Source: Anaerolineales bacterium (GTDB lineage Bacteria; Chloroflexota; Anaerolineae; Anaerolineales; UBA11858). From it: 56,677 bases of DNA. Positions within the stretch are counted from its first letter, which is position 1. Each line of letters begins with the position of its first letter. A program made the translations under genes and the position numbers. The notes under the pieces are model-generated. The model ran no database searches, was not told the origin of the DNA, and saw only the letters and a program-made list of their open reading frames with translations. The stretch spans positions 1 through 56,677 of the forward strand of contig JADHXE010000002.1 in assembly GCA_016783125.1 (NCBI GenBank), given 5' to 3'. Shown one piece after another: positions 53,887-56,677 of the stretch.

Positions 53887-55167
53887 TTAATTCTCTGGAT
53901 CTGGGGGGCGGGCAAAATCGAAAACCCAGGTCTGGTCGATTTGATTGATTTCAGAAGTTCTATTGATCACCTGGAAGAAAGTGACGCCAGGCTTTAGAGG
54001 GAAATTTCTGCCATCGGAGCTAAGGATGACAAGGGGTTTGTGCTCATCGTATCGGTGCCAGCGCGCTCGATAGGCTTTGTTATCGCGAAAGACATAGGCA
54101 TCGCCGCTGCCGGTGAGATCGATGCTGAATACCTCGGTATCGGAGGATTTGTGATAGAAATCATGCGGCACCATAAGGATGATCAAGTTTGCAGCAGTGA
54201 TGGGTTGCCCGGTGAGCGCGTCCGTGTGTAAGGTGTACTTGGCGCTGACCCCATCGACGTTATCCACACTGCCTTGATAACGGATGTATTGTTCGGCGTT
54301 TGGATCGTAAATCCAATGGGCGTAGTTGGCGTAGGAGTAGTTGACGTAGACATCATCAGTCTCGCTGTAATCTCGCCCGCTGACCGATGAGAAGAAGTTG
54401 CCGGAAAGATCCCGGCGGCTGTCGTCGAGGCCGCGATTGCGGATCAACTGGTGTACCTGGCTGGTATTGCCAAATAAATTGTTATAGGTTGGCATGCTCT
54501 CATCGCGGCACAGGGGCGGACAAAACTGTTCGACAACGAAATAACCGGTATCTAACTCTTTCTCCTCGTAGTAATCAAAAGTGCGTTTGTCTGCGCCGTT
54601 GAAGACGAAGATGGCGTTGTACATGTTGATGAGATGTTCGTCGAAGACGCGCCCAGATCGAAGCGGTCCGAAGCGGGTGACATCATTGCCGTAGAAAACG
54701 GCCACAAAACGAGTCAGACCCCATTCGAGGTAGTATTCGTAAATCTGGTCAGCCAAAGAGATGCCGGATTGCGGCCGCACGGCGTGAGGGTAATTGGGTA
54801 TTTTTGCAATGATAGGCCGTCGTTCCAGCAGGGCCGGGTTGGGGACGGGCAGACCGGTGAGCGGGTTGATGTGATCGGGGATATTATCTGGCCCGATGCG
54901 GATGAATGAGTCGATGGATTCTGATGGAGTTGCGCTGGGCCAGGGCGTTCGGGTGGGTCTTGGTGTTGGCGAAGCAGAGACTGTGTCCAAAACCACTGGA
55001 GCATCAGCTGCGGAGGCGCTTATTGGGCTGGGTGTGGGGGTGAGTTGGATATCCGTTTCGCTAGATGTGCCTGAGGCAGGATCGTTGGAAAGGGATTGGT
55101 CGCTTAGCGTACAGGCTGTCAAGAAGCTGATCAGGATCAGTAAAGGGATCAATCGTGTGCTGCGCAT
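53887..55167 (-). CDS. DUF3048-family lipoprotein (copy 1)
   Basis: Lipobox LTAC after M18, S/T/P-rich linker, RPIIAKIPN...RPQSGISLADQIYEYY...GPLRSGRVF core. Confidence 0.75.
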   Translation of the reverse strand: MRSTRLIPLLILISFLTACTLSDQSLSNDPASGTSSETDIQLTPTPSPISASAADAPVVLDTVSASPTPRPTRTPWPSATPSESIDSFIRIGPDNIPDHINPLTGLPVPNPALLERRPIIAKIPNYPHAVRPQSGISLADQIYEYYLEWGLTRFVAVFYGNDVTRFGPLRSGRVFDEHLINMYNAIFVFNGADKRTFDYYEEKELDTGYFVVEQFCPPLCRDESMPTYNNLFGNTSQVHQLIRNRGLDDSRRDLSGNFFSSVSGRDYSETDDVYVNYSYANYAHWIYDPNAEQYIRYQGSVDNVDGVSAKYTLHTDALTGQPITAANLIILMVPHDFYHKSSDTEVFSIDLTGSGDAYVFRDNKAYRARWHRYDEHKPLVILSSDGRNFPLKPGVTFFQVINRTSEINQIDQTWVFDFARPPDPEN

Positions 55168-55293
55168 GGTGATGTGGATGGTTGTTTTGTTTCGCATTGA
55201 GTTGCTATCATACCGCACTTGGATAGGCTTGCCAAATTAGACTTTGGCGCAACTACCTGATAGAGAAAGGTTGAAAGTTGCAAGGAGTTTTTT

Positions 55294-55479
55294 ACCACCA
55301 AGGCTCATGCGGAGCACGCCGTTGGCGAGACACAAAGGAAAGCAAATTAAATTCCGCTCAGTAGCCCGTCTTAGGGTGTCATTTTGTAACTCGTGAGTGG
55401 GGGCATATCGGTTTGTCGCTAAGAATCGACACAGTAAGAAAACATTCTTATCCTTCGTGCCTTTGTGTCTTAGTGGTGG
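55294..55479. repeat. Inverted arrays of the CACNAAGG / CCTTNGTG unit family
   Basis: accacca...acacaaagg (55294-55338) versus ccttcgtgcctttgtgtcttagtggtgg (55452-55479); the same unit family as at 21351-21616. Confidence 0.6.
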
Positions 55480-55629
55480 AAAAAGAGAGTGCAAATTTTG
55501 GGCCAGATAACTCCACATTTCAGTACTTCACGATTCTTGTTCGTAGTATTCAGCAATTGCCAGAGGCACGCCTGCGTACGAACCCAAACTGTGATCTACT
55601 GAATTTGATTAGTTCGGTATAATCAGGCC

Positions 55630-56466
55630 ATGGTTTCTATGCAAAAACTGCTCCAATCGCCCGCCGTTCGGAAAATTCCCTGGCAGAAAATCAGCTACCT
55701 GGTTGCCGGAAGCTTTTTGATTGCCTGGCTGCTCAACACCCCCGAGGGTTTATTGGGCAAGGCCGATGCCATCGGCTACGCGGTGTGTCATCGCATCGAT
55801 TTACGTTCGTTCCATCTCGGCGAGCGGCAATTCTCTCTGTGCGCCCGCTGTACGGGACAGTATCTAGGCGCCGTGCTGGGTTTTGTCTATCAGTTGGCGA
55901 TGGGCCGTCGCCGGGCTGGGCGGCCTCCCTGGGGCGTGCTGGCTGTGCTGGGGGCTTTGGTGCTGGTCTGGGCGGTTGATGGCTTTAACTCATTCTTGCA
56001 CTTGCGGCCCGAACTGTTTTCTCGTTATTACATCTATGACCCCGACAACACTTACCGGGTGTTGACTGGTACCGGTTTGGGGCTGGGACTAAGCGTGATG
56101 CTTTTACCTGCCTTTCACCAGACCGTGTGGAGGAGATGGAATTCCAAACCTGCTTTGAGTGGGTTCGCCTCATTGGGCGGGATGCTTGCCCTTGGACTCA
56201 TCCTGGCTTTCCTGGCGTTGACCGAAAACCCGCTGATCCTGTATCCTTTGGCCTTGGCCAGCACGGCAGGGGTCTTGGTGATCTTGACGCTGGTCTACAC
56301 CATGGTCTGGGTGATGCTCTTCAGGTTGGAGAACCGCTTCGACTCGCTAAAGGAGCTGGCCTTCCCCCTTGTGGCAGGCTTTACCACGGCTCTAGCCCAA
56401 ATCGCTCTGCTTGATTTTTTGCGCTATCTGCTCACCGGCACCTGGGATGGATTCCATTTTGGGTGA
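55630..56466 (+). CDS. DUF2085-family membrane protein
   Basis: CHRI...CARCTGQYLG motif and several transmembrane helices. TATAAT at 55617-55622 lies only 7 nt before the ATG, so the transcript may be leaderless. Confidence 0.7.
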   Translation: MVSMQKLLQSPAVRKIPWQKISYLVAGSFLIAWLLNTPEGLLGKADAIGYAVCHRIDLRSFHLGERQFSLCARCTGQYLGAVLGFVYQLAMGRRRAGRPPWGVLAVLGALVLVWAVDGFNSFLHLRPELFSRYYIYDPDNTYRVLTGTGLGLGLSVMLLPAFHQTVWRRWNSKPALSGFASLGGMLALGLILAFLALTENPLILYPLALASTAGVLVILTLVYTMVWVMLFRLENRFDSLKELAFPLVAGFTTALAQIALLDFLRYLLTGTWDGFHFG

Positions 56467-56492
56467 TGGGTGAGTATAAAAGGAGTAATGCC

Positions 56493-56677
56493 ATGGACAT
56501 ATTCACCGCTTTCGGTCTCTCAGCCAGCGCAGGTTTGAATGCCTATATCCCCTTGCTGGTAGTTGCCTTCACGGCGCGCTTCACCGATTGGATCGAACTT
56601 GGATCGCCCTGGAGCACCCTGGAAAGCTGGTGGGTGATCGGCGTTCTGATTGTGCTATCCCTGGTCGAATTCTTCGC
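56493..56677 (+). CDS. DUF4126-like membrane protein, 5' partial (runs off the window)
   Basis: My own translation: MDIFTAFGLSASAGLNAYIPLLVVAFTARF...; AAAGGAG RBS; not in the ORF track because no stop is reached. Confidence 0.6.
   Translation, partial: MDIFTAFGLSASAGLNAYIPLLVVAFTARFTDWIELGSPWSTLESWWVIGVLIVLSLVEFF

Overview
56.7-kb bacterial chromosomal segment with moderate-to-high GC (judged by eye). Gene content and repeat style are reminiscent of Chloroflexota, but that is a low-confidence impression. All calls come from reading the ORF track and the nucleotide sequence; no alignments or searches were run. I support about 50 protein genes and found no rRNA, tRNA or CRISPR array. Layout: (i) 0.3-2.8 kb: a GT-C-like membrane glycosyltransferase and a small-ORF + nucleotidyltransferase pair. 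(ii) 2.8-28.2 kb: a mostly plus-strand purine/ureide catabolic supercluster. It holds two adenine-deaminase paralogs, a GntR/HutC regulator, an ATCase-like and a YgeW-like carbamoyltransferase, carbamate kinase, a BMP-type nucleoside ABC transporter, a three-subunit xanthine-dehydrogenase-family enzyme, two fold-type-II PLP enzymes and a dihydropyrimidinase/hydantoinase. An AI-2E transporter, a GT2 gene and two four-helix-bundle genes interrupt it. (iii) 28.3-30.3 kb: a toxin-antitoxin islet (phd/yefM-vapC, one unknown gene, hicBA). (iv) acnA, htpG, a roughly 2,090-aa multi-PAS hybrid histidine kinase with an HD-GYP response regulator, an MFS transporter and surE. (v) 46-55 kb on the minus strand: a metal locus with two DUF3048 lipoproteins, paired small permease-like proteins, a DtxR-family repressor, feoA x2, a methyltransferase, an AlkD-like gene, split feoB and a feoC-like gene. 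(vi) DUF2085 and DUF4126 membrane proteins. The most unusual property is non-coding. The window is saturated with several families of small palindromic or periodic repeats: a conserved terminator-like palindrome with about 10 copies, some nested inside covarying outer arms; complementary 8-9-nt-period arrays that bracket both four-helix-bundle (23S-IVS-protein/Avd-like) genes, with an apparently empty copy of the same stem nearby; a 219-bp MITE with perfect TIRs and a 10-bp target duplication; and palindromes inserted in frame into enzyme genes.
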